From IMG/VR virus record IMGVR_UViG_3300048575_000518, positions 1 to 44,724 of that record: DNA of 44,724 nucleotides; one strand, given 5' to 3'. Positions 44,141 to 44,724 of the stretch are shown here, one piece after another. Source of the stretch: a virus. Lineage: Duplodnaviria > Caudoviricetes. The position numbers were made by a program, and so were the translations under genes. The notes under the pieces are model-generated. The model saw only the letters and a program-made list of their open reading frames with translations, was not told where the DNA came from and ran no database searches. How positions within the stretch are numbered: position 1 is the stretch's first letter; each line of letters starts with the position of its first letter.

Positions 44141-44724
44141 GCATCCCCCTTCGCGGGGGGCGACTGCCGTTTCAGGAGGCCGGCTTGAAATACGGCTCGC
44201 GTAGTGATGTTCAAGATTAACTGCTTTGCTTTTTGAACATATTCTGCGCGAATTACATGATCGGCCTTTCCGTTTTTAACCAGACCCCTGAGCCAGTCGA
44301 CCTCACCCGCGAGTTGCTCGTAATTCACAACAGCAATCGAATTGAATTCCCTTCGAACCCACTCGGGCACCTTCGGCGCATTGACAATCATCGCGGTGTA
44401 GTAGGAGTCGACTGAACGAATGGCAGCATCGTCGGTCGGATATTCGACCAACAAGTTTTGAACTACCGGATGCGCCGCTGCCTCTCTTGCCGCGGCATCA
44501 ATCGATTTCTTGCGCTCGGTCTCGGCGAATTCGCGAAACAGGCTCACTTTCGGCGGATATTCTGGTTTGTTTTCGCCGATCAATGTCTCGACTACGCGGC
44601 GAAATTGGCTCGGCGATAAATCATGCACAGCCCCCCATACGAGTTGAAGTTTCGGCGTCGGGTAATTGTTCTCGCCGAACATCTCGAGAAACGGACGCAT
44701 GATCGCGTTGAATTCTTGACGCAT
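44137..44724 (-). CDS. Replication-associated protein, helicase loader/inhibitor-like (may be 5'-truncated by the window)
   Basis: W...DL...F...YPPKVSLFRE resembles G39P/lambda P-like N-terminal domains; position. Confidence 0.45.
   Translation of the reverse strand: MRQEFNAIMRPFLEMFGENNYPTPKLQLVWGAVHDLSPSQFRRVVETLIGENKPEYPPKVSLFREFAETERKKSIDAAAREAAAHPVVQNLLVEYPTDDAAIRSVDSYYTAMIVNAPKVPEWVRREFNSIAVVNYEQLAGEVDWLRGLVKNGKADHVIRAEYVQKAKQLILNITTRAVFQAGLLKRQSPPAKGDA

Larger units (their letters stand above)
940..44724. mobile_element. Lambda-like temperate siphophage prophage, right end beyond the window
   Basis: Integrase next to tRNA 3' end; complete immunity, lysis, tail, head and terminase modules; no sheath gene seen. 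Confidence 0.95.

Overview
The first ~0.95 kb is host chromosome: the 3' part of a CBS-domain gene and an intact tRNA-Thr(CGT) at 864-939. From there to the window edge (about 43.8 kb, right end not reached) is one apparently intact lambda-like temperate siphophage prophage integrated at that tRNA. Left to right: tyrosine integrase and excisionase; a leftward early operon (N4/N6 methylase, SNF2 helicase, a tRNA-like RNA and long hairpins, a DUF6745-like protein with 30 QLxS repeats, small ORFs); a cro/cI switch with three operators 33 bp apart; an orphan C-protein-like HTH gene with a 35-bp C-box; a lipoprotein moron; lysis genes; tail genes with a -1 frameshift chaperone; head genes; terminase; a lambda-type cosQ/cosN site; and a nin-like region (sigma-like factor, RusA, RNase HI, MazG-like protein, second SNF2 plus nuclease, C5 methylase with a nested out-of-frame gene). 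Lipoproteins and spanin-like genes suggest a diderm host, which cannot be named from this sequence. The best leads are the nested two-frame methylase, the tRNA mimic and four-state repeat protein cassette, a tail fibre with a signal peptide, and the att site splitting the lytic operon. All family calls come from motifs recognised by eye; no searches were run.
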